From Stellaceae bacterium (GTDB taxonomy: Bacteria > Pseudomonadota > Alphaproteobacteria > ATCC43930 > CGMCC-115725): a stretch of DNA of 37,194 nt. The DNA is taken from NCBI GenBank assembly GCA_035603555.1, contig DATNKF010000622.1, positions 1-37,194 of the forward strand. The letters are read 5' to 3'. The position numbers were made by a program, and so were the translations under genes. Every line of letters starts with the position of its first letter. The stretch's first letter is position 1. Under the pieces are notes generated by a model. The model worked only from the letters and a program-made list of their open reading frames with translations, ran no database searches and was not told the origin of the DNA. Below are positions 7,551 to 16,249 of the stretch, one piece after another.

Positions 7551-9593
7551 TGGCTCTGTGCGGCAATCGCCTCTTGCGTCTCCGCAGTGGTGATCGACCT
7601 CCTTCTTCCAACGCCGACACTCGACCGCGCCCGCAGCGCATCGGTGCTCATTCTCGCGGCCGACAGTTCGATCCTGCGCGGCTTCCTGACGGCGGACGGC
7701 AAATGGCGCCTGCCGATTGAGCCGGCCGCGGTCGATCCGCTCTATCGCCGAATGTTGGTCGCCGCCGAGGACCGGCGTTTCGAACGGCACCTTGGCGTCG
7801 ACCCGCTCTCGGCGTCGCGGGCGCTGATCCAGCTCGCGATCAGCGGGCATGTCGTATCGGGCGCCTCGACCTTGACAATGCAGGTCGCGCGTCTCTTGGA
7901 ACCCCACCCGCGCTCACTCGCCGCCAAATTCGGCGAAATGGCTAAGGCGCTAGCGCTTGAGCGCCAAATGTCGAAAGACCAGGTGCTCGGCCTCTACCTG
8001 ACCTTGGCGCCGTTCGGCGGCAATCTCGAGGGCGTGCGCGCGGCCAGCCTCGCCTATTTCGGCAAGGAGCCCGCCCGGCTTTCCGCTGCCGAGGCGGCGC
8101 TGCTTGTCGCCCTCCCGCGCTCGCCGGAGCGGCTCCGCCCCGACCGGCATCCCGAAGCGGCCCGCGCAGCGCGCGATCGCGTCTTACTACGCATGGCGGA
8201 GCAGGATGTGATTTCGCCTGCCACGCTTGCCGAGGCGCGCGCGGAAGAGGTTCCGCGGGTGCGGCTGCCGATGCCGTTTCGTGCACCGCATCTCGCGCGC
8301 AAACTGCGCGACGAGCAACCGGCGGCACTGACCCACCGCACGACGATCAATCCGCTGCTGCAGCAGCGGATCGAAGCGCTGCTCACGCGGGAGGTCGTAG
8401 GGCTCGATTCGGAGGCTAGCTTCGCCGCGGTCGTTGTCGACAACCGCGACCGCCGGGTGCTTGCCTATGTCGGCAACGCCGATTTTGTCTCTGTGACCCG
8501 GCGCGGAGCGCTCGACATGGCGCGTGCCGTGCGCTCGCCCGGATCGGCGCTCAAGCCGTTTATTTACGCACTGGGGTTCGATCGCCTGATCATCCATCCT
8601 GAGACCGTGCTCGAGGACCGGGCGCGATATTTCGGCGACTACGCGCCCTCCGATTTCGATGGTCGCTTTCAGGGCGAGGTGACGGCGCGGGAGGCGCTGC
8701 AATATTCCCTGAATCTGCCGGCAGTCGCGGTTCTCGACCGGCTCGGCCCGGGGCGGTTTATCGCCGCGCTCGCCGCCGCCGGCATCCGACTGCGGCTGCC
8801 TGAGCCGGCCGTCGAGCCGGGTTTGGCGGTAGCACTCGGCGGCGCCGGGATCACCCTCGCCGACCTCGTGCGGCTCTACGCGGCGCTGGCGAATGGCGGC
8901 GAGGTGGAGCCGTTGCGCTATCGCGCGAGCGATCCGGCGAGTTCGGGAGCAGCGATCTTCGGGCCGCTCGCGGCATGGTACGTCAACGACATCCTGGCCG
9001 ATGCGCCACCCCCGCCCGGCGTCTTGCCCGCCGAGGTTCGCCGCGGCCGCAGGCTCTCCTTCAAGACCGGGACATCATACGGCTATCGTGATTTCTGGGC
9101 GATCGGCTACGACCCCGAAGTGACCATCGGCGTCTGGGCCGGCCGGCCGGACGGCACGCCAATGCCGGGCAGCAGCGGTCGGCTGACCGCCGCACCGGTC
9201 GTGTTCAAGATCGCCGACCTTTTGGGTCCGTCGCAGCTGCAACCCAGGTGGCCGGCTCCTCCCGGGGCGCTGCTGGTCGGGCGTAATGATCTCCCGGCGC
9301 GACTGCGGCGCCTCGATCCGGGCCCGCTCGCGCCAACCTCATCGCAAACCGGCGGCCCGACGATCGTCTATCCACCCGATGGAGCGCTAATCGAATGGCA
9401 TGGCGAAGAGCTGCCGCTCGAGGCGGCCGGAGGCAAGCGGCCGCTACAGTGGCTGGTCGACGGCAAACCGCTGCCGCCGGATCCGCGGCGCCGGCCGGTC
9501 TCCTGGTTGCCCGAAGGCATCGGCTTCGTGCAGCTTACCGTGATCGACGCCCAGGGTCGCAGCGCCCACAGCGCGGTGCGCCTTTCTCCCTAG
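7542..9593 (+). CDS. pbpC: Penicillin-binding protein 1C (bifunctional glycosyltransferase/transpeptidase-like)
   Basis: GT51 motifs are EDRRFERHLGVDP and GASTLTMQVARL. Transpeptidase-fold motifs are GSALKPF (SxxK), YSLN (SxN) and KTGTS. There is a long C-terminal PBP1C-type extension. The frame is open from GTG 7473, but 7473-7523 is the IS inverted repeat. The first start outside the IS is GTG 7542, which precedes the membrane anchor RGWLCAAIASCVSAVVIDLLL. Confidence 0.88.
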   Translation: MRGWLCAAIASCVSAVVIDLLLPTPTLDRARSASVLILAADSSILRGFLTADGKWRLPIEPAAVDPLYRRMLVAAEDRRFERHLGVDPLSASRALIQLAISGHVVSGASTLTMQVARLLEPHPRSLAAKFGEMAKALALERQMSKDQVLGLYLTLAPFGGNLEGVRAASLAYFGKEPARLSAAEAALLVALPRSPERLRPDRHPEAARAARDRVLLRMAEQDVISPATLAEARAEEVPRVRLPMPFRAPHLARKLRDEQPAALTHRTTINPLLQQRIEALLTREVVGLDSEASFAAVVVDNRDRRVLAYVGNADFVSVTRRGALDMARAVRSPGSALKPFIYALGFDRLIIHPETVLEDRARYFGDYAPSDFDGRFQGEVTAREALQYSLNLPAVAVLDRLGPGRFIAALAAAGIRLRLPEPAVEPGLAVALGGAGITLADLVRLYAALANGGEVEPLRYRASDPASSGAAIFGPLAAWYVNDILADAPPPPGVLPAEVRRGRRLSFKTGTSYGYRDFWAIGYDPEVTIGVWAGRPDGTPMPGSSGRLTAAPVVFKIADLLGPSQLQPRWPAPPGALLVGRNDLPARLRRLDPGPLAPTSSQTGGPTIVYPPDGALIEWHGEELPLEAAGGKRPLQWLVDGKPLPPDPRRRPVSWLPEGIGFVQLTVIDAQGRSAHSAVRLSP

Positions 9594-9630
9594 GGCTGTG
9601 GTAAGATCGCCGGCGCCTGGAGGAAAGGTG

Positions 9631-10074
9631 ATGCCCCGCAACTCGGTTGACTATGAAGAAGACTTCTATGCCTGGACCATCGAGCAAAGCCGCCTTCTGC
9701 GCGCCGGCAAACTCTCCGAGATCGACATCGCCAACATAGCCGAGGAGATCGAGGGCATGGGGCGCAGCGACCGGCGCGAACTCAGCCGCCGGCTCGCGGT
9801 GTTGGTAACGCACCTGTTGAAATGGCGTCATCAACCTAGCGCCCGATCGAGGAGTTGGTCGGCAACAATCGACGAGCAGCGGCTTCAGATCGAAGAGGTT
9901 CTCGCCGAGTCACCGAGCCTTCGGCCTAAGGCGGCGACCATGTTATCGGATGCCTACGCCATTGCCCGCGCCAGAGCAATTGCCGAGACCGGTCTCGCTG
10001 AGGAGGCTTTCCCCGAACTTTGTCCCTTTACCCCGGACGAAGTCCTGTCGCGCGCATTTCTGCCGGACCGCTGA
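9631..10074 (+). CDS. DUF29 domain-containing protein
   Basis: MPRNSVDYEEDFYAWTIEQSRLLRAGKLSEIDIANIAEEIEGMGRSDRRELSRRLAVLVTHLLKWRHQP...RSWSATIDEQR matches the DUF29 family signature as I know it. GGAGGAAAGG lies just upstream of ATG 9631. The ORF track begins at GTG 9598. Confidence 0.8.
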   Translation: MPRNSVDYEEDFYAWTIEQSRLLRAGKLSEIDIANIAEEIEGMGRSDRRELSRRLAVLVTHLLKWRHQPSARSRSWSATIDEQRLQIEEVLAESPSLRPKAATMLSDAYAIARARAIAETGLAEEAFPELCPFTPDEVLSRAFLPDR

Positions 10075-10927
10075 TCGGGTAGGGCGGCCGGTGGAGGCCG
10101 GCCGGCGAGATCGTGAAGATCTCGTAGCCGGTCGCGGTCACCCCGATCGTGTGCTCGAACTGCGCCGAGAGCGAGCGGTCCTTGGTCACCGCGGTCCAGC
10201 CGTCGCTGAGGATTTTCACCTCCCAGCGGCCCGCGTTGATCATCGGCTCGACCGTAAAGAACATGCCCTCGCGCAACACCGGCCCCTCGTCGGGATGGCC
10301 GTAATGCAGGATCGAGGGGGCGTCGTGAAATACCCGCCCGACGCCGTGCCCACAGAAGTCCCGCACCACCGAGTAGCGATGGCTCTCGGCATAACGCTGG
10401 ATCGCGTCGCCGATGGCACCAATGCGAACGCCGGGCTGCACGACGGCGATGCCGCGCATCATCGCTTCGTAAGTTACGTCGACCAGCCTCCGCGCCTTGA
10501 CCGGGATCCGCTCGCCGACAAAAAACATGCGGCTCGTATCACCGTGCCAGCCATCGAGGATCACGGTTACGTCGATGTTTAGGATATCGCCCTCCATCAA
10601 CCGCCGCTCGCCCGGGATGCCGTGGCAGACGACGTGGTTGATCGAGGTGCAGATCGATTTCGGGAAGCCGCGATAATTGAGCGGCGCAGGGATCGCATCG
10701 TGACCGACGATGAAGCCGTGGCACAGGGCGTCGAGCTCATCGGTGGCGACCCCTGGACGGACATGAGGGGTGATGAAGTCGAGCGTCTCGGCGGCAAGTC
10801 GACCCGCCTGCCGCATCCCCTCGAACGCCTCGGGCCCGTGGATCTTGATCCGGCCGTCGCGCGCTTCCGACGGCGCGAGGCCCATCATCGTATCCCGTGG
10901 CGCGCTCAGTGTGTTACGCATCATCAT
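10028..10927 (-). CDS. map: Type I methionyl aminopeptidase
   Basis: Conserved motifs FPKSICTSINHVVCHGIP, DILNIDVTVILDGWHGDTSRMF, GHGVGRVFHD, FTVEPM and AQFEHT. Several in-frame Met codons at the 5' end make the start uncertain. The 3' end overlaps the DUF29 gene by 47 nt. Confidence 0.9.
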   Translation of the reverse strand: MMMRNTLSAPRDTMMGLAPSEARDGRIKIHGPEAFEGMRQAGRLAAETLDFITPHVRPGVATDELDALCHGFIVGHDAIPAPLNYRGFPKSICTSINHVVCHGIPGERRLMEGDILNIDVTVILDGWHGDTSRMFFVGERIPVKARRLVDVTYEAMMRGIAVVQPGVRIGAIGDAIQRYAESHRYSVVRDFCGHGVGRVFHDAPSILHYGHPDEGPVLREGMFFTVEPMINAGRWEVKILSDGWTAVTKDRSLSAQFEHTIGVTATGYEIFTISPAGLHRPPYPISGPAEMRATGLRPG

Positions 10928-11120
10928 TCCGAGGTCGGATGGGCATTACGCCTCCGCCTCAAGGTAGGCGCTGAGGTGCTGCCCGGCAATCCTCCAACCA
11001 GGCGGCGCCGGCAATTGTGCCGGCCCGCGCCTTTGCCTATGAAGGGGTGCTCCATCGCCCGCCGAGAAACCAGAGGAGAGGATCACGACCAGCGAGCCCA
11101 AAATCGTCACCGCCTGCGTC

Positions 11121-11849
11121 TTGATCATCGGCAACGAGATCCTGTCGGGACGCACCCAGGACGCCAATCTCAGTTTTCTCGCTCAAGGACTGAACGAGGT
11201 CGGCGTACGGCTGCGGGAAGCGCGGGTGATCCCCGACGATTCCGGCGTCATCGTATCCGCCGTCAACGAGGTGCGGCGTACTTTCGATTACGTCTTCACC
11301 ACCGGGGGGATCGGCCCCACTCACGATGACATCACAGCCCAGTGCATCGCCGATGCGTTCGGGTTAGCGCTGATCGTGCACCCCGAGGCGAAGCGGTTGC
11401 TCGAAACCCATTACCCGCCCGGTCATCTGAATGAGGCGCGCTTGCGGATGGCGATGGTTCCCGAGGGCGCCACGCTTCTCCCCAACCCGATCTCGCGTGC
11501 CCCGGGGTTCCAGATCGGCAATGTCTTTGTCTTGCCGGGTGTGCCGAGCATCATGCAGGGGATCTTCGAGCAGCTGAAGCACCGCCTCATTGGCGGTGAG
11601 AAAGTGCGCAGCCGCAGCGTCAGCTGCCACCTCGCCGAAGGTACATTGGCAAAGGATCTGGGGGCATTGCAGGCGCGTTACCCCGAACTCGAAATCGGCT
11701 CCTATCCCTATTTTCGGCGCGGCGACTTCGGCGTGACCCTGGTACTGCGCGGCACCGACAATGTGCGCCTTGCCGATGCCACCCAAGAGCTGATGGCCTT
11801 GATCCGCGCCCTCGGCGGCGACCCGCAAGAGGGGTTGAGCGAGTCCTAG
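11121..11849 (+). CDS. CinA-like molybdopterin-binding (MoCF_biosynth) domain protein, N-terminal-domain-only form
   Basis: IIGNEILSGRTQDANLSFLAQGL...YVFTTGGIGPTHDDIT. TTG 11121 is the first canonical start. The same frame is open from 11043 and encodes KIVTACV just upstream, which normally belongs to this domain (see findings). Confidence 0.75.
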   Translation: MIIGNEILSGRTQDANLSFLAQGLNEVGVRLREARVIPDDSGVIVSAVNEVRRTFDYVFTTGGIGPTHDDITAQCIADAFGLALIVHPEAKRLLETHYPPGHLNEARLRMAMVPEGATLLPNPISRAPGFQIGNVFVLPGVPSIMQGIFEQLKHRLIGGEKVRSRSVSCHLAEGTLAKDLGALQARYPELEIGSYPYFRRGDFGVTLVLRGTDNVRLADATQELMALIRALGGDPQEGLSES

Positions 11850-11981
11850 CATCCCGCTCGCCGGGAAAATTCGCCGGGTTCGCGCTTTCCCCGCCGCGGC
11901 GCCGGTTGTAAGGTGAGCGCCTAAGCGCTGCGTCGCAGAGCAGCGCGCGAAACACAACGCAAGACCGGCGCTTTCCATCAC

Positions 11982-12899
11982 ATGGACATCTACCTGCCGA
12001 TCGCCGAGGTGTCGGTCGATGTCTTCGTCCTGCTCGGTCTTGGCGGAGTGGTCGGATTTCTGTCAGGGGTGTTCGGCGTCGGTGGCGGCTTCCTGCTCAC
12101 TCCCCTGTTGATCTTTATCGGCGTGCCGCCGACGGTCGCCGTCGCCTCCTCCGCCAACCAGCTGGTCGGCGCTTCAGTCTCGGGGGTTCTCGCGCAGTGG
12201 CGGCGCGGGAATGTCGATTTCAAAATGGGCTACGTGCTGCTGGTAGGCGGCCTCGCCGGCTCGTTTTTGGGCGTGTGGATCTTCACGCTGCTAAAGCAGC
12301 TCGGACAAATCGAGCTGACGATCTCGCTTTCCTACGTGCTCCTGCTCGGGACCCTCGGCGCGCTGATGATGGTCGAGAGCCTCCGCACCCAGCTGCGGCT
12401 CCATCGACCCGGAGCCGTGAGGCGCAAGCTGCATCAGCACAACTGGATGCACGGGCTGCCGCTGAAGGCGCGCTTCCGCCGATCGAAGCTTTACATCAGC
12501 GCTCTGCTGCCGATCGGCCTCGGCTTTGTTATCGGCGTGCTTAGCGCAATTCTGGGGATCGGCGGGGGCTTCATCTTGGTGCCGGCGATGATCTACATGC
12601 TCGGCATGCCGACCGCAGTGGTGCCGGGAACGTCGCTGCTGCAGATCATCTTCGTGGCTGCCAATGTCACGCTGCTGCAGGCTTACACCAACCGTACGGT
12701 CGATGCCGTCCTCGCCCTCGTCTTGCTTGTCGGCGGGGTGATCGGAGCGCGAATTGGCAGCCAGTTCGGAACGCGCCTCCGCGGCGATCAACTTCGCCTA
12801 TTGCTCGCCCTAATGGTGTTGGCGGTGGCGGCGAAGCTTGCCTTCGACCTGACCGTCCGTCCGCCCGATCTGTACTCCATTGCTTCGGAGAAGGAATGA
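11982..12899 (+). CDS. TauE/SafE (DUF81) family anion/sulfite exporter-like permease
   Basis: Polytopic membrane protein with two GGGF(L/I)L(T/V)P repeats (VGGGFLLTPLL and IGGGFILVPAM), typical of DUF81/TauE. Confidence 0.8.
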   Translation: MDIYLPIAEVSVDVFVLLGLGGVVGFLSGVFGVGGGFLLTPLLIFIGVPPTVAVASSANQLVGASVSGVLAQWRRGNVDFKMGYVLLVGGLAGSFLGVWIFTLLKQLGQIELTISLSYVLLLGTLGALMMVESLRTQLRLHRPGAVRRKLHQHNWMHGLPLKARFRRSKLYISALLPIGLGFVIGVLSAILGIGGGFILVPAMIYMLGMPTAVVPGTSLLQIIFVAANVTLLQAYTNRTVDAVLALVLLVGGVIGARIGSQFGTRLRGDQLRLLLALMVLAVAAKLAFDLTVRPPDLYSIASEKE

Positions 12900-13660
12900 G
12901 CCGGGCCGGGTTGGCGGTTGGACTCTGGGGCTGGTGCCTCCCCCTGCTGGCGCTGACATTCCCGTGGACCGCGCCCCCGCGTGCCGAAGCTCTTTCCGCT
13001 GATTTGACCAGCCATTTGATTGCAATCACAACCGGTTTTACTGGCGCCTCGGTTGTTCTGTTCGGCGCCATCGATGCTCCCGGCGACGTCGCGGTCGTCG
13101 TGCGCGGTCCCGATCGCGAGATGACGGTTCGACGCAAGAGCAGGGTCGCCGGCATTTGGATGAATTCGCAGGAGATAACCTTTGCCAACGTGCCGAGCTT
13201 CTATTTCGTCGCGGCTAGCCGCCCGCTCGATGAGATCGTCTCGCCCGGCGCTGCAGCGCTCTACCGCCTCGGCGTTGCCAACCTGGAGATAAAAGCTGAG
13301 AGCGACGCACCCCGTGAAATCGTCGATAGCTTTGCTGCAGCGCTGATTGCGGCGCAACAACGCGCCAAATTGTTCCCGAGCGCTGTGGGAAAGGTTCATT
13401 TCATCGGCGAACGGCTGTTTCGTACGACGATCGAGTTTCCTTCGAACGTGCCGACCGGAACCTACCTCGTGGCCGTGTTCCTCGTCCGCGACAAGGATGT
13501 CGTCAGTGGCCAGACGACCCCGCTCGTGGTTTCAAAAGTGGGGATCGATGCCGATGTTTTCGGCTTTGCTGTTCGACAGCCCGGGCTTTACGGGATTGTT
13601 GCAGTGTTGACTGCGGTGGTGGCAGGATGGCTCGCGAGCCTGCCGTTCAGAAGCGCCTGA
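12896..13660 (+). CDS. TIGR02186 / Alph_Pro_TM family membrane protein (function unknown)
   Basis: N-terminal signal/TM segment and C-terminal TM (LYGIVAVLTAVVAGWLASLPF). The core LIAITTGFTGASVVLFGAI...VVVRGP...RKSRVAGIWMN matches my recollection of the alphaproteobacteria-specific family. The ATGA start/stop overlaps the preceding gene. Confidence 0.65.
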   Translation: MSRAGLAVGLWGWCLPLLALTFPWTAPPRAEALSADLTSHLIAITTGFTGASVVLFGAIDAPGDVAVVVRGPDREMTVRRKSRVAGIWMNSQEITFANVPSFYFVAASRPLDEIVSPGAAALYRLGVANLEIKAESDAPREIVDSFAAALIAAQQRAKLFPSAVGKVHFIGERLFRTTIEFPSNVPTGTYLVAVFLVRDKDVVSGQTTPLVVSKVGIDADVFGFAVRQPGLYGIVAVLTAVVAGWLASLPFRSA

Positions 13661-13679
13661 TCCTGGCTGAGGAGCGGAG

Positions 13680-14162
13680 ATGGGCCCGATGGAAGGAACT
13701 ACAAAACCGCGCGTCTTTCTGGTTGTGGTCGACGAGTCCGAGGAGCTCCAAGCGGCCCTGCACTACGCTGCGCGGCGCGCTGCCCATACCGGCGGCCGCA
13801 TCGCGCTCCTCTACGTGATCGAACCTTCGGAGCTTCAGCATTGGGTGGCGATAGAAAACCTGGCGCGAGAGGAACGCCGCGAGGAGGCCGAACAGATACT
13901 GCAGCGCCTGTGCGAGGAAATCGCGCCAATCGCCGGCACGATGCCGATCGTCTACATTCGTGAGGGCCGTCGCCGCGACGAGTTGCTGGCCCTGATCGCC
14001 GAAGAGCCCATCTCGATCCTGGTGCTTGCAGCAGGAACCGATCCGGAGGGTCCGGGGCCGCTGATCACCTATCTGACGGGCCAGGCGGCTGCGCGTTTGC
14101 GCATCCCGATCACGATTGTCCCTGGTGGGCTCACACTTGAGCAGCTTGACGCCGTGAGTTGA
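13680..14162 (+). CDS. Universal stress protein (UspA family)
   Basis: VFLVVVDESEELQAALHYAARRA...IALLYVIEP...ILVLAAG...GPLITYLTG. GAGGAG lies 6 nt upstream of the ATG. Confidence 0.7.
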   Translation: MGPMEGTTKPRVFLVVVDESEELQAALHYAARRAAHTGGRIALLYVIEPSELQHWVAIENLAREERREEAEQILQRLCEEIAPIAGTMPIVYIREGRRRDELLALIAEEPISILVLAAGTDPEGPGPLITYLTGQAAARLRIPITIVPGGLTLEQLDAVS

Positions 14163-14263
14163 GGCGGCTTGCGGTGCTCGACATCCGACACAGGGTTGAT
14201 TCGGGGCGCTGAGCCCCCATGCTTAGACATCTATTGTGTCTTATCGCTCTCGGAGCCATCGCG

Positions 14264-14824
14264 ATGTTCATCCAAACCGAGCAGACGCCGAATCCGGCGA
14301 CCCTTAAATTCCTGCCGGGGCGCCAGGTCATGTCTTCGGGCACCGCGAACTTCACCTCGGCGGAGGCGGCGGGGCAACGCTCGCCGCTCGCCGAACGGCT
14401 CTTTGCCCTCCCGCAAGTGACCGGGGTCTTCCTTGGTGCCGACTTTGTCACCGTGACCAAAAGCGAGGACGGCGATTGGCACCAGCTAAAACCGGCGATC
14501 CTGGCCGAGATCATGGAGCATTTTACTTCCGGTCGCCCGGTGCTGCTCGCCACCGCGGCCGACAGCGCGGTGGTTGAAGCTGGATCCGAAGACGAGGACG
14601 AAGTCGTCTCTCAGATCAAGGAATTGCTTGAGACGCGCGTGCGCCCCGCAGTGGCTCAGGACGGGGGCGACATCATTTTTCAAGACTACGAGGACGGTGT
14701 CGTCTATCTCCACATGCAGGGCTCATGTTCAGGGTGTCCGAGCTCGACGGCAACCCTAAAGGCAGGCATCGAGAACATGCTCCGTCACTACATCCCCGAG
14801 GTGATCGAGGTGCGAGCGGTATAA
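14264..14824 (+). CDS. NifU-family Fe-S cluster assembly protein (Nfu_N + NifU C-terminal domain)
   Basis: MFIQTEQTPNPATLKFLPG (Nfu N-domain) and GSCSGCPSSTATLK (CxxC). The ORF track starts at 14219, but MFIQTE at 14264 is the conserved start. Confidence 0.85.
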   Translation: MFIQTEQTPNPATLKFLPGRQVMSSGTANFTSAEAAGQRSPLAERLFALPQVTGVFLGADFVTVTKSEDGDWHQLKPAILAEIMEHFTSGRPVLLATAADSAVVEAGSEDEDEVVSQIKELLETRVRPAVAQDGGDIIFQDYEDGVVYLHMQGSCSGCPSSTATLKAGIENMLRHYIPEVIEVRAV

Positions 14825-14904
14825 AGTGAGGCGATGAAAGGGGTCTGCCGGAGGCAAAGCGGGTACGTAGGGAACCGCGACGGCTGGACCATAACGGGAA
14901 TTAC

Positions 14905-15621
14905 GTGACCGGAGTGCCGAGGGATCCGGTTGTCCTGGCACTCGATTCGGCTGGATCGGGCTGCTCGGTTGTGGTGGCCTCGGGTGAGACGGTGCTCGGC
15001 GCCGAGTCCGATACGGCAATGCACGGCCAAGCCGAGAAACTGCTTCCAATGGTAGATTCGGTGATGCGCAGGGCGGGGTTGCCGGCTTCCGCACTCGACA
15101 TTATTGGGGTGACGGTTGGACCCGGCAGCTTCACCGGCATCCGTATCGGGCTAGCGGCCGCTCGCGGGATAGCGCGCGCGACCGGCGCACGGGTGATCGG
15201 CGTGACCGGCTTCGAGGCGGTCGCTGCCGCCTTGGCGGGGTCCTCCCTTGGCGCCGGCTTCATCCTCATCGCGCTCGAAAGCAGGCGTGAAGACCTGTAT
15301 GTACAGCTCTTCGATCATGCGCATGTTGCACTCGAGGACCCGACGGCGACTATGCCCGCGGCGCTCAATGGATGGCTAACCGGCATCATCGGCGCAGCAC
15401 CCCTGCTCGTCGCTGGCGATGCGGCGCAACGCGCCGGAAGCACTCTGTCACAACGCCCGGATACGATGGTGGCGGCGGGTTCTGCAGCCGATGCGGCTGG
15501 AGTTTTGCGAGCCGCTCTCTGCCGCTGGCTGTTGCACGCGCAGAGTGCCCAGCCGGTGCCACTCTATCTTCGTCCTCCAGACGTCAGCTTTTCGAAACGG
15601 GGCCCACGAGTTGGCCGATGA
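14905..15621 (+). CDS. tsaB: tRNA threonylcarbamoyladenosine (t6A) biosynthesis protein TsaB
   Basis: VLALDSAGSGCSVVV...GVTVGPGSFTGIRIGLAAARGIA. GTG start. Confidence 0.85.
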   Translation: MTGVPRDPVVLALDSAGSGCSVVVASGETVLGAESDTAMHGQAEKLLPMVDSVMRRAGLPASALDIIGVTVGPGSFTGIRIGLAAARGIARATGARVIGVTGFEAVAAALAGSSLGAGFILIALESRREDLYVQLFDHAHVALEDPTATMPAALNGWLTGIIGAAPLLVAGDAAQRAGSTLSQRPDTMVAAGSAADAAGVLRAALCRWLLHAQSAQPVPLYLRPPDVSFSKRGPRVGR

Positions 15622-16088
15622 GCCGCCGTCTCGAGCAAGTGTCTTGTCTCATGGCCGGCCCGGTGGCGCTGTTGCACCGCGTGTGCTTCCCCGAGGATCC
15701 ATGGGATCCCTCAGCGATCGTTGAGATACTGGGCACCGCCGGATTTTTCGGCCGAATCGCTTGGGAGAACGAGGCGCCCGCCGGTTTCGCTTTGGCGCGA
15801 GACCTGCACAAAGAGTGTGAGATCCTGTCGCTGGGGGTCTTGCCCGAGCGACGGCGCGAAGGAGTCGGTGCGGCTCTTCTGAATTCCATATGCGTCGAGG
15901 CACGTCTGCGCAGTGCTGAAAGCATCGTCCTCGAGGTCGCAGTAGACAACATCGCAGCCTTGGCGCTCTACGCCGCGCGAGGCTTTTTACAGGTCGGCCG
16001 GCGCCGGAATTACTATCGCCGAACTCGGAACTCGGCAGATGCGCTCGTCCTGCGCCTTGAGCTCACCGGCACCTCGGCCGCCTCTTGA
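15618..16088 (+). CDS. rimI: Ribosomal-protein-alanine N-acetyltransferase (GNAT)
   Basis: ILSLGVLPERRREGVGAALL...LEVAVDNIAALALYAARGF. ATGA overlap with the tsaB stop. This is the usual tsaB-rimI pairing. Confidence 0.8.
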   Translation: MSRRLEQVSCLMAGPVALLHRVCFPEDPWDPSAIVEILGTAGFFGRIAWENEAPAGFALARDLHKECEILSLGVLPERRREGVGAALLNSICVEARLRSAESIVLEVAVDNIAALALYAARGFLQVGRRRNYYRRTRNSADALVLRLELTGTSAAS

Positions 16089-16188
16089 GTTGGCCGAACC
16101 CGGCGCTTACCTCTCGCCTTGTTGACAGCGGCCGCCGACTGTTCTTGCCGCCGCATTCACAATTGAAAGAAATCGGGTGTTGACCGGA

Positions 16189-16217
16189 TTGCTTCGTCGC
16201 GGATTGTTAATTATATT
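16189..16217 (+). promoter_or_regulatory. Candidate sigma-70 promoter of mucR
   Basis: TTGCTT (16189-16194), a 17-nt spacer, then TATATT (16212-16217), ending 32 nt before the mucR ATG in a locally AT-rich stretch. Confidence 0.35.
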
Positions 16218-16249
16218 TGGGAATCAGACTCCACGGTGGGATTCGCAAA

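Noticed and set aside
11007-11024. Perfect 7-bp hairpin GCCGGCA-ATTG-TGCCGGC in the map/cinA divergent region, considered as a terminator.
   Set aside because: There is no T-run on either strand, and it lies between divergent starts. At most it is an operator or incidental structure, with too little evidence to call.
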